Source of the DNA: Lingula anatina
Lineage: Eukaryota; Animalia; Brachiopoda
Length of the DNA: 64,000 nucleotides
Direction: 5' to 3'
Assembly (NCBI GenBank): GCA_051362555.1
Contig: CM120646.1
Coordinates: forward strand, 9,052,001 to 9,116,000
Shown here one piece after another: positions 42,227 to 53,870 of this stretch; within the stretch, counting starts at the first letter, position 1; the number at the start of each line of letters is the position of its first letter. Position numbers and translations under genes: made by a program. The notes under the pieces are model-generated. The model was not told where the DNA came from and made no database searches. It was given only the letters and a program-made list of their open reading frames with translations.

Positions 42227-42312
42227 AATCACCAATCACGAAGAATTAAAACAGGTCAATCACCAATCAAGAAGATATATTCAGGTCAATCACCAATCAC
42301 CAGGAATTAAAA
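42227..42312 (+). repeat. Three ~30-bp tandem copies, each containing CCAAT
   Basis: aatcaccaatca occurs three times; CCAAT starts at 42232, 42263 and 42293. Confidence 0.8.
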
Positions 42313-42639
42313 GCTATCGCCATTCATCAAGATAGAAAATTGCTATACTTGCAGGAATGCAAAGAATTCATAACATTCCCAGAATAATTAATTTCATATG
42401 TTGAATGACATGAATCGTCTGTTTAGAGATATTCAGCCATTCTTATTGGTCAGGATTCCCGTAACAGAGACTAAGGCGATGATATACGAATAGAACAGGA
42501 AAGTAGCAAACTACTCACATTTCCACTTTTCTACCTGCCTTGTTTGAAGAGTTTGTTGAATTTATCTCCAGTGAATGATTGCCCTACAATCATGATACAA
42601 AGTTGGGACTTTCTAGAACAAATTTCTCTAATGCTAATT

Positions 42640-42790
42640 AAACATTTTTACGAATCACGTTGATGAATTCATACCAATTAATAACGCGGAACAAAGAAGT
42701 TCCTGAATCACGTTTCACGCAGAATATTGGGCTCCAATAATGTACCACGCTCGAAAAATAAGGTCAGTCACGTGTAACGCAAAAGGTATT
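42640..42790. promoter_or_regulatory. Small CpG-enriched patch with promoter-like motifs
   Basis: Local CpG enrichment in otherwise CpG-poor DNA; inverted CCAAT pair tattgg-gct-ccaata (42725-42739); E-box gtcacgtg (42767-42774); aatcacgtt twice. Confidence 0.3.
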
Positions 42791-43089
42791 AATTATGGGT
42801 GTATCTTTGACAGTTTTGGAGACATGAAGATTGGAAAACTTGCAAAGTGCAGTTCATAATGAAAAGTAGGTCAAAGGTCAATTTTAAGGTCACAGTTAGA
42901 TTACCAGTATATGACTTCCTTAGTTCGATAGTAACTATGGGCATATCTCTGCTAATTTTGGAATAATTCACATTTCATTTTCACCACTGAATATTGCAAC
43001 ATTGTATTTTTTTATATAGTGCAATGAAAAAACCACGTCGATAACAAAAAAAAAAGGACACCTCCAGTATTTCATTTGACAAGTTCTAC

Positions 43090-45283
43090 AAACAAGGCAG
43101 CAAAGCTGTCAAATGTACAGACAAAAAGCAGGAAATAACTATGCACAAAATAGGCTACTGTCAATTCTGATGCAAAAGTACATTATGTTAAACTGCAAAT
43201 TCAACATCAAATTTTAATTATGCTCAACAGATAAATCCAATGTAAGTAAAATGAGTAACAAGTTCACATTTTGAAAATGTATAACTTCCAGAAAAAGAAG
43301 CCAATTGGGCTGCTTTTCCAACTCAGGCTGCATTTTAGTCCTGTATTTCTTTTTTGAAAGTTTGGAAATCATAAGTAACATGGTTTTCCCATAATGGTCA
43401 TCATGGCAGCAGCACCCAAAATTGTGTTTTCTTCTATTCTGATGCCATATTACATAATGGTTAACAGCATAATGACAGTCAATTTTTAATAATAAAATAT
43501 ATGTATCATGGATTTTCAGAAAATGTGACTAGCATGGGTCTTCAAGCCCGTGGAACTTCAAAGTCACATCTTGAAAATGCCAATATGTGAAAAATTAAAT
43601 ATTCACAAAAACTGTTAAACTGGCAGTGAGAATTACCAAACAGACTGCATTGCCTACTGAAGCTGTATTTTAGTCCCATGTTTCTTTCCTGTTAGTTTGA
43701 GAACAGTAAGTGACATGGTTTTTCTTAAATGGTCATCATGGGAGCAGTGCCCAAAATAGTTTTTTTTTTTTCAAATTTTGATGCAATATTACATAATGTT
43801 TAACAGCATAATGACCATCAATTTTTAATAATAAAATATTAGTATCATGGATATTCAGAAAATGTGACTAGCAAAGGTCTTCAGGCCCATGGAACTTCAA
43901 AGTCACAACTTGAAAATGCCAAAATGTAAACAAGACAGCACTGTTCTGAAATGTTTTTTTCCATTTTTAACAATTTTTAACATAAAACAAAATTAACAGT
44001 TTACTGCCGTTTTTATATGATCAACTAAGAAAATTGATGAGATGGGAAAAATATCAATACAACAGTGTTATATGTCCAATTTCCTCCATTCTGAGATTCT
44101 GAACACAGTGAATGATTGAATCTGACAAACTGCAATGATATGAGTTTATTTCCATTTTTGACACTTTATTACACAATACACGATAACAAGTTTACCATCA
44201 TTTTTATGTAATCAACTAATAATGTTGTAAAGATGCAGGAAATGTCAACCAAACACTTTTACATGTCTTATTAGTTAAATAATGAGACTGTTAACATGCC
44301 TAAGAATTGAATCTGAGGAAATGTGAAACAAGACAGCACTGTTCTGACATGGAATTATTTCCATTTTTAACACTTTTTTTAACATAAAACAAAATAAACA
44401 GTTTACTGCAATTTTTATATGATCAACTAAAAAAATTGATGAGATGGGAAAATATCAATAGAATAGTGTTAAATGTCCAATTTCCTCCATTCTGAGATCC
44501 TGAACATAGTGAATGATTGAATCTGACAAACTGCAATGATATGAGTTTATTTCCATTTTTGACACTTTATTACACAATACACGATGACAAGTTTACCATC
44601 ATTTTTACATAATCAACTAACAATGTTGTAAAGATGCAGGAAATGTCAAACAAACACTTTCATGTATCTTATTAGTAAAATAATAAGACTGTTAACATGC
44701 CTAGGAATTGAATCTGAGGAAATGTGAAAAAACAGCATAACTTCTAAAATAATGGTCCGATTATGCTGATTTTCGAACTCAACCTGTATTTTAGTAAGAT
44801 TGACCACTCCTGTGAGTTTAATGACAATTGGCCTATCTGTTTTTCTTATATTGTGTTTACAGTGTTGCATATATGCTGAAAAATGAAAAAAACAGCATAA
44901 CTACTAAAATAGTGGCTCGATCATGCCGATTTTCGAACTTAACCTGCGTTTTAGTAAGATTGATTACTCCTGTGAGTTTCATGACAACAGGCCTAACGGT
45001 TTTCCTTAAAATGTGTTAACAGGGTTGCATATATGCTGAAAAGTGAAAAAACAGCATAACTTCTACAATAATGGCCCAATCATGCCGATTTTCGAACTTG
45101 ACCTGCGTTTTATGAATATTCATCAGCTCTGTAAATTTAAAGCCAAAAAGTAAAACTGCCCTCCACTTATCGTGTTTACAAGGAAAGTGCACGGCGCCGG
45201 CGACGGCATCAGCAACGCCATCAGCGACGACAGACGCAGGTGATGGCAATATGTACAGACACATCTGTGTCTGTACATAAAAA
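43090..45283. mobile_element. Helentron-type non-autonomous element (HINE/DINE-1-like), about 2.2 kb
   Basis: The left end aaacaaggcagcaaagctgtcaaatgtacagaca has a small hairpin and the subterminal motif atgtacagaca. The right end has a GC-rich cggcg/gacg simple repeat, then the perfect hairpin tatgtacagacac-atct-gtgtctgtacata (45250-45279) containing the same motif, then an A-run. Internal tandem repeats are present. Confidence 0.78.
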
Positions 45284-45723
45284 TGCAAAAAAACAAAAGG
45301 TCTCTAGCTTTTACGGTTCCAGAATTAAAGAGAGTTTTCAGTTTCCGTATATAATAATTGCTTCTCCCATGAAAATGCACCGATAAACCCCAAACTCCCA
45401 AAGATGAAAGGAGTTGCTAATTGTAATCCCTCACTATAATATGACAGCTTAGGTCTGTGTAGTTTCTGAAAATTGGAACAAACAATTGATCATCAGCTGA
45501 GTTTATTTTTCCAAATGAAAGTCATTGACATAGGAACTGTTAAGGTAAAAGTCAGGCTCTTTAAGTTTACTTATGATAACTATGTCACTTATTAAATTTA
45601 GTGCAATGATTTAACTTACGGTACTTTTCAAAAGTTTTAAGTTTTTGCTATAAAATACTGAAACAAACAAGAAGTATAGCTTTCAGTTTAAGGTTGACAA
45701 AAATAGTTTTCTGTTATTAATTT

Positions 45724-46745
45724 ATGCAAATTAAACACGACTTCCAGCCAGTTGTGGATAGCTGCAAAATGAACTTGAAGGTCATTAAAGATGGATCTGT
45801 GCATCCAGACCAACCAACCTTAAGCAAACAATTAGAGGAGCACCTTATTGGAGCTACTTTCAAAGTGAACCATGTGGTTGCACACTCAAAGTACAAGACT
45901 GAGGTTACTAAAAGGGATTCCATCCAAGCTATGCTTGATAATCTTGACAAAAGTTAATTAATATTTTGATTTTAAACCCATATGATATTAATTGATTTCC
46001 CCAATACATTACAAGTTGTGCCATTAAAGATTATGAGTTTTCTTCAATTATTCATTCCTTTTAAGTACTCGCTTTGATTTATAACAAATTTACTGACTTT
46101 TTCAATTATAGCCAAATATTATTATGTATAATTATTTTTAAATCAATAATTTAATGTTTCTTTTTATTAAAAAAAGTTTTTACTTTGTGTGCATCTTAAA
46201 ATTTAGTTCTGTATTGTATTATTCCCAGATTCCCTGACCAGGAGCTGATGTCCTCTTTCTGTGTTTTGGGGATGAAGCCCATTACTCTACTCAGTCAGGA
46301 TGAGCTGCAGTGTTGGGGGGATGAATCCATGGAAATGCTGACATCTCACTTTGGGGAGAAAATGCACACAATGAATTCAAAGGAATCTGTGTCCAAGACC
46401 CTTATTGATGCTCAAGAGGTGAAGAAAGAATGGAGAATTGTAAAAAAATTATCTTCTCACTCAGTGTTACCCAAGGCATTCAAATGCAAAACTCTGGGAA
46501 TTGATAGCTGCTGATCATAAGGATCAATTTCCAAATCTCATAATGTTAGCCTCTTTGGCACTGGCACATCCAGTGCACACAGCGGATTGCGAAAAATTTA
46601 ATTACAACTGCACTAAGAAATAGACTCAATCCAGAGAATATTGATGCACTCATGAGAATAAAAATAGAAGGAATGGATTACTTTGATTTTGTTAGTTGTC
46701 TCAAAAAATGGAGGCCAAAAAAAGCAGAGGGTTATTTTCCATAAT
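45724..46745 (+). pseudogene. Decayed hAT-superfamily transposase, C-terminal part (ZNF862-like), with one intron
   Basis: Joining 45953 to 46229 gives LDNLDK-R-FPDQELMSSF. Across frameshifts it then reads KEWRIVKKL..LWELIAADHKDQFPNLIMLASLALAHPVHTADCE and NLITTALRNRLNPENIDALMRIKIEG..KKW, which is the hAT C-terminal dimerisation region. The RGFS-type residues after ADCE are deleted and the donor GT reads TT. Confidence 0.88.
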
Positions 46746-46994
46746 CAAAAGTAAACTGACTTTGCTTTTAAGAGACAGTGCATGAGAATTAAACTGTTGT
46801 TTCTGTCAATAAAACAGGCCCTCCTGATATGGATGTGGTTTGAAACATCACTAAGGGTTTTATTGTTATTAAAGAGAAAAAAATCGGATTGAATAAGAAA
46901 AAAAAGAATAAAGCACCAATCAATGTTTATTGTCATAAATATGTAATTTACCTCTAGTATTACAATATTGATGACCATCAAAGGTATTAAAACA

Positions 46995-47066
46995 TGATTA
47001 CCAAAAAAATCCCACTCATAGGCAAAAATCCCACTGCTTCATTTCCAGTGGGATAAAATATCCCTG
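46995..47066 (+). mobile_element. Probable right terminus of the hAT element
   Basis: Subterminal aaaaatcccact twice plus an inverted agtgggat, ending in ...atccctg (CAGGG on the reverse strand), about 320 bp downstream of the transposase remnant. Confidence 0.45.
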
Positions 47067-48394
47067 CATTTAGCATAGTTACACTCCTCACATATGTATA
47101 TATATTTGACATGAGGACCACAATGGAAAGGCATTAACCCCCTTTGCCATCCAAAGGCACTTGTGATGACACAAAAACGTAACTTTAACTGATGGTTTAA
47201 AAAGTATAAATTTATGAAAATCTTATACAAGTAACACAATAGAAAAAAATTATTTAAGCTATATTTTGGTAAATTTGATATTGATCATTAAATTTGAAAA
47301 ACAGGTTCCTTTATTAGTGCAATCTTTGCCATAAACTTTTCAGTTTTCTGGCCAATTGGACCACCAGTTTCCTAAAATCTACTGGATTTACTGAGGTCCA
47401 AGTAAATTTTTGAATAGACTAGACTTTTTCACTACTGCATTACTATTTGTAATAACAAGACAATGACTCTGTCAAATTTCTTTTTAGAATCATCATATAA
47501 CAGTTATATTGAATAAAAAATTAGATCAAAAGTCACCTATCTGGCACATACCTAGTGTCATTATTATTTTCTTAGTCTCTTCACGTAGCCAGTGCCAGCT
47601 TGCAAGGTCTATAATTATACATGGCAAAGGGCTGCAATACTGAACAACCTATTTTCTTGTGTGAAAACTAGGCAATGTGTGTGACCGTAGATGATCTATT
47701 TTACTGGCCAGTCAGTTTAAACAAAAAACGGAATAAACATACAATCCAAGTGTAGAACGGGTCAAGCAGCACTTACTGAGTAGGAGAAAATTGCTCTTTA
47801 CCCCAAGAAAATTCATGGGGGGGGGGGGGGGGGGAGGGGGGGAGGGTTTGATCTGGTGGAGAACTTCTTTCACTACAAGCAATAAGTTGAACAAATACCA
47901 TGGACAGTTTTTAAATAATGTGACTTTTAAAAAGTTTGAATCAATTGCAGCTACACAGTGTTACATTCATGACATTTTGGCAATATTTTCAGCTTTTCAC
48001 TTTTACTTTTTTTTTTTTAATAACCTTTTTTTTTTTTTTTTTTTTTTTTTGCAGTTATGAACAATCTTATTGAGAGATAAAACAGTGTTATAAGTTTTAA
48101 ATTGCAGCAGTTTTTACAAATTTTCTAAAATTTCATTCAAAATTTTTAAAATAGCCCATAAGGCTATATTTGACAATCATGCAGCAACAGATGGGTATCC
48201 ATGGGAATTTTGTTACTTTGGAAACACATTCTAAGAAAACCAGATATAATTAAAGTTTTCTAGGCATGTGATTTCCTGCTTTTCCACTCACATATATATA
48301 TTATATACCTGATCCCGCCAGGTGTCTAATAACAGAGATGCCCACCTCTATAAATCTAACATCTGGAGATTCTAAAATTTTGCTCAATAAGAGT

Positions 48395-48439
<45 letters not shown>
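48395..48439 (+). repeat. Poly-G tract (45 nt)
   Basis: Uninterrupted G run; shorter G/C runs at ~47817, 49945, 50726, 54924, 56120 and 61527. Confidence 0.9.
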
Positions 48440-49853
48440 CTGCTGCCGTTGTGGTCAGGTGCTCAGTTGGGGGTGGGTGACCCCTATCTCAAACAATTAG
48501 AAGAGAATTATGAAGTTTTCAAGATCACCCAACTATTCTGAAGATAAATCGACAGGGCGTTAGCTGACAGTGGTGCAAATTTTCAAAGTCGCTTTTATCT
48601 GGGAGATTTGGTAACCTGTACGGGTGACGGGGACATTCCTTCTGTATTCAGGAGACTCCCGGATTATCTGGGAGAACGACTTGTATACAACAAGCCCAAA
48701 TAAATGTCTACCCGACGACTTTGACTTCAGGAAAACTTGGATGACTGAACACCGTTTTGTGTTGATTAGATCTATGATTTTGTAGAAACAGAATGAAAGA
48801 CACGAATGTAGATAAGATTTGTTTGTTATCACAAACCAGAAGTCTTAGAGCATTTATCAGAAGGGAAGCAAAGTCTTTATATACTTACCCAATAAACTAA
48901 AATGCAGTCCTCTTCGATTGTGTTAACTTGCAAAACTATATGTATTCTGCGCTTTCCCATCCCGAAAAATCTTCACTGAGTCTTTGCATATGTAAGGCGA
49001 GGTGCCAGTGGCAATTGAATGGGAGAAGATGACATTTTCTTACGTCGTTAATATTCCTAGATATATTCCATATCGTGCGAAATGCTTGAAAATAGTATTC
49101 CGATCCGAATGAACAAGTCTGTTGATGAAAAAAAAGACCCGCAGTGAAAACACAATCAACATATCTGTCACAACTAACACACCCATCGGAGGAGAATCGG
49201 GGCACATCAAGCGCATCCCAGTTCAGCGCTACGTTCAAGCTATTTCGGCCTAGATCTTTTGATTTTTAGTTCAAATACAGATTGATAATATTTTGGTTGA
49301 AAAGGATTTGAATTGTTCATTATTTAGAAGGATCCCAGTGTTCATTATTTAAAAGGAAAAGAAGTTATTTTTTACACTCCCTTTTTTTTTAATTTTCTGG
49401 GATGGTAGGTCTACCGGTATTGTTTGATGTCCATTGTCCGATATAGATCCAGGATCTAGGATTATTTGAAGGGGAGTCCGCGGATGCTTTGCTTACTCGA
49501 GCTGATGACGTAGCAGCAGCATTTTTGGACTGAAAACTGTAAGATCGATTTCAAGCAGATCTCCCTCACCTGAACATAATATGCATGTGTAATGTGGGGC
49601 TCAGCTAGACCAGTTTTATTATTTCTCCAAGGCGGCTGAACTCCCAGCCCCGAAGTACTGTACACTGTACTGCACCTACGTGTAGGTGAATGTACACATT
49701 TTCTCTTTCCGGTTGTAAAGACGACGCACACCAACAACATAATGTGCAGCGAGGAACCATAGATATTGGTTTACTATGTGCCGTATCTCGCCCCTCCCTG
49801 TACTGTAACCTTGATAACCCTTATGTTCACAAGCAAGCTGTCTGTAATTTCAG

Positions 49854-49933
49854 TCAACTCTATCATTTATGGCAGCAGTTTCAGTAAAATGTAGTTTAGG
49901 ACTTCCTGGCCTTATAAAAGAAATAGGCGTTTA
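49854..49933 (+). repeat. About 80-bp dispersed direct repeat, copy 1
   Basis: tcaactctatcatttatggcagcagtttca...gacttcc.ggccttataaa...taggcgttta matches 60480-60555. Confidence 0.85.
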
Positions 49934-50039
49934 ATGGTGGTGGTGGGGGGGGGGAGGGGGGGGGGGAGGGGACAAATTTTGTAGGACGACCGCAGGCTCA
50001 AGCACGCTCGGCTGTCACCTTGATTAGATAGTAAACGAT

Positions 50040-50302
50040 TTGTCGTAAAATCGCTATATGATTTAAAAACAGGGTGCATACATTTGAAAACCACTAGAAC
50101 AACCTTAGACTGTCACATTAATCTAATACAATGCAAAAAAGCCCTATCAAAAGTGGTTAAAGCATTCAAACCGAATGTCGGTCCATAGAGACAATAAAAT
50201 AGAGTACTCTAAAGTAAGAGTAGGCCTACAGTCTAAGGTTGCTCTAGGTGGTTTTCAAATTTATGCACCCGGTTTTAAAATCATATAGCGATTTTACGAC
50301 AA
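50040..50302. mobile_element. Long inverted repeat (about 74-bp arms), MITE-like
   Basis: ttgtcgtaaaatcgctatatgattt...ccttagactgt (50040-50113) is the near-perfect reverse complement of acagtctaagg...aatcatatagcgattttacgacaa (50228-50302). Confidence 0.8.
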
Positions 50303-50699
50303 TTTTAAGTTTTAAGTTTTCAGCTCACCGTATCTACACCTGAACAAAGTTGATCAACCATGCCAGATTAGGAATAGGAGGAAAAATGTCAAGTTCGAAC
50401 ACATGCTCATTCGCCGCCAGTTTTAACTCGACTGCTGGGATTGTGTGATGGGCGGTCACACTTGCCAATACTTCCATGTACCAGTGAATAACCAGTTATC
50501 ATGCACGAATGGTAACAGTTTGCTTTACGGATGACAGGCTTCAGATGCGAAGCCGACTCTCGCCCCCTCCTCCATCCCCTTTGACGTGGGGTTCGGGGCC
50601 CGCTGAAGGGTACCGACAATTTTTGGTATGTTAGAGGGCGAACAGTGCCATTTGCTACGGTCTAGAACTATGATTAAGCTAGTCAAGAGAGGAGTATTG

Positions 50700-50774
50700 G
50701 TGTGGTTTGATATCCAGGAACTGAAGGGGGGGGGGGGGCAGGACCCCCATGAGACCCCCCTAAACCAGCCACTG
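50700..50774. mobile_element. Fragment of a CAGTGGC-terminated G-rich MITE
   Basis: G-run followed by cccccctaaaccagccactg, the same terminus type as 53870, 54720/55005 and 63779/63946. Confidence 0.5.
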
Positions 50775-52670
50775 CTTAGGCTGCAGTGTTTTGCCTGTGC
50801 TGCGGTCTCGGTCTCATTGTGACGACTAGCACAAAATTCATGCGTTGTACTGGTTGTGCTTACGGACGGCAGGAAAGGTCTCAAAAAGTGTTAAATTTCG
50901 ACCAGTTTGCGCTCCCACAAAAAAGAAGAAGGAGAAGAAGAAATAGAAGCCTGTCCCTTCCTGTGTTGACGTGAAAAAAGTGGGCAGGGGGCTTTAAAAA
51001 CACCATTCCTTTTTATAGCCCGCGCTCCAACTACCCTGGGCAGCCGTAGGTGTGTGAGGAGGAGACCTTCCCGCAATATATTTTGAATTAAGCCATTAAT
51101 GTTGTGATTATGTCATATAAACCAAATATTAGTCTTCAAAATTGAAGATAGACTGCCTTGTATGAATAAAATTAACAAATCTAGGCGGGACTAGTCTCTA
51201 TAGTAGACAGCGTATGGAGTATTGCTCTCTACAGAAATTGAGAAGACCCGTTACTGTCTACATGTACCATTAAAAGATCCAGTTCAACAGAAAATGGAAC
51301 GACTTTTTATATCAACCCTGTATCAATTTCTGATTCCATATCTAGTAAATTCTAAATCATTGTTACGTACATGGAGATTAAAATATATTAAAATAAATGA
51401 AGAGAGATAGCGAGAGAGGTTGAACAATAGGAATGGAACTATACGGCATTTCGGTACTGAGTTTACTTGTGAATGATCCTTAAATCGGGGCTTAAGTAAG
51501 CTCAGTATCTGTGGGTATTTCTAAGGGCAAAAAAAAAAAAAGAAAAGGAAGCCAAGATATGAAGTTGCCTCGTACACAATTTTTTTGCGTGCACTTCTTT
51601 TGTTTACGTACTAAAAGAGAGGAATGTCAAGACTCGCCTACGGCCTCCGGTTCCTCTGTTTGAACCCCTTTGACTTATCTGCTGACAAACAGACTTTTCT
51701 CGACCTGAGCTCAAAACTACGGAAGATTTTTACCTAATCTGGGTTATAGAAACGAGTGAGAGATGTTTCTCTATAATAGATTAGTTGAAAAAAATACCGA
51801 GAGAAAAAAGCTTCATTTTTAGTGTCACTTATGAAACATTAATATACTGCACGCAGAATATCAACGTAGCATCCATTTTATATATATAAAAAGATAATTT
51901 TTACTAATGTTATGAAATACAGTATAAAATGTTTAACGAACAACTTCATTAAATTAAACCAAGAATTTCAAGTCTTTGATTCAACCAGCCCGACTTATTC
52001 CTATTCACACGTTATTGAAATCTGGAGTTTTTATACTTATGAAGTACTAAAAATATATCGCATATTAAAGCTCGAAAGATTGTTAACGCATTGCATAAAA
52101 TTGTTTTCAGTTTCAATTTGACAGTTTTAATTGTGTAGTTTATTTGAAAAAAAAAAAAACAGTTTTCACGAACGCTCCTGTCAATATACAGAGACGGGCT
52201 ACTTATTGCCCCGGCCCTTTATAAGGAACGAACAAAACCGGTAGTTTTTAATTTTACCTGGTCACTAACACCATTATCTCGGCCTTTCTCTCTCCGTAGC
52301 TCATGAAAAAGATGGCAAGGTTTTACTTTTTATACCATTCGTTCTCTAAAAATGACCCAAAAATATTCATTGGGTGTAAAAGTACATGAGTATGATTAAA
52401 GAAATATGTTCAGTTCGTATACGAAGTTCCGATTTCGTCTGAGCAAAGAAAGGATTATGGAGCAACAAACATCGACAACAACGTTAATTCATGTATAGTC
52501 ATTTTACATCATATCCAGAAAAAGAATGACAACTGATTTTTAGTACAATTAAAAACGCTTGTGAAAGAACCCGGGACTCTTTCACGTTGTTAAATTTCAG
52601 TCTCTCGGTTGAAATAAAAAAAAAACCCGATGTTTTTTAACGCGCTGCGAGAAAAAAAAAGAAAAGAAAA

Positions 52671-53390
52671 TGCCCCCTACCTCCAGAATTGTAATAGACA
52701 GGTATGAATCAAATTCAAACAGGCTAATTCAGCTTTGATGGAAGCTGTGAAGCGCACACGACTATGAATGACAGTTTTTTTAAACAAACGTCAAACACAA
52801 TTACTACACTCTTCTCTCCGAACATGTAAAAAACCCTATATCCTTTGATTGACAAGATGCCAATCAAATTCATTAGTTTTGATAGCTGCTGTCAAGTAAT
52901 AACAGCTTGATTGGCAGGTTATATAAACAAACGTCAATCACAATCATTACACTGTGGATCACTATAGTCGTCGAACACGTTTAGTTCAAGCTTCCTACAC
53001 CCTTTGATTGACAAGGTGCCAATCAAATTCAGTTAGTTTTGATAGTTGCTGTCAAAAAATAACAGATCGATTGGCAGGTTATATAAACAAACGTCAATCA
53101 TCGCGCACTGTGATTTCTCTCGCTGTGAAACAGTGAGTACGCCAAAAGAGAGCGCTAAAATCTGAAGTTAGTAATTAAATTGCAAAATATTTCAAGAGAA
53201 TATGTGCAACATGTTTCCAATGTTTCCAATACTAGTTCTCTTTTTGAACCCTTCAGCGTCTCGAATACAACACTCTAGATTACAAACTATTTTGTAAAAA
53301 GAAGAATTTAGCAAAAGAAACCAATTTAAAAACAGATTCAAGTAAAGAAATATGACATTTGACGTTATTCTGGAGGTAGCGCATGGGTCA
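52671..53390. mobile_element. Degenerate TIR-bounded element with an internal ~150-bp tandem duplication
   Basis: ctacctccagaat (52677-52689) is inverted to attctggaggtag (53367-53379). The internal unit starting taaacaaacgtcaa occurs at ~52781, 52924 and 53084. Confidence 0.5.
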
Positions 53391-53789
53391 TTTCGTGCGT
53401 TGAAGAAGGAAGGATAAATGTTTTTGCATTATGTGTGGAATATTGACAGGTTCTTTTACTGTCAAAGACCTTCTGCAAATAAATGAATAAATTAATTAAT
53501 TTAACGATACTAATTAATCTTCATTAAAGGTGACATTCGTGTTGTGGTTGAGGTTAGTGGTTTATTTTTTTGAGGTGGTAATTGTCAGCAAGGACCTGTG
53601 ATAATAAGTGAATGTGAAAGAAAAATATTAACTGTTAACAAAAATATTACTATCCTATTTAACAAACAAACCGCTACTTCGCTCTTGTAACTATTTTGTT
53701 GGTTTATTTTATTGCTGTAAAGCGTGGATAAAATAGTTCAAAACGCCCTCACAGTGCCCTTGTTTATGCGACTTCAGCTGCTGGGGTTA

Positions 53790-53870
53790 GGTGAAGGGGC
53801 GAGGACAGGTGTGATTTATTTTTCAGAAACCGAAGAGTCATGACCCCCCCCCCCCTCTAAATCGCCACTG
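53790..53870 (-). mobile_element. Partial inverted copy of the MITE at 54720
   Basis: gtgtgatttatttttcagaaaccgaag...ctaaatcgccactg is the reverse complement of cagtggcagatttag...ttcgatttctgaaaaaaatcacac. Confidence 0.65.

Larger units (their letters stand above)
42076..43032. repeat. Degenerate dispersed-repeat segment: two diverged ~110-bp copies plus a hairpin/A-run end
   Basis: gcaaag..cagttcat..ggtcaattt..ggtcacagttagatt..cagtatatgac occurs at ~42110-42190 and ~42840-42920. An imperfect cattgta...tgcaatg stem is followed by aaaaaa at ~43000-43032. Confidence 0.55.
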
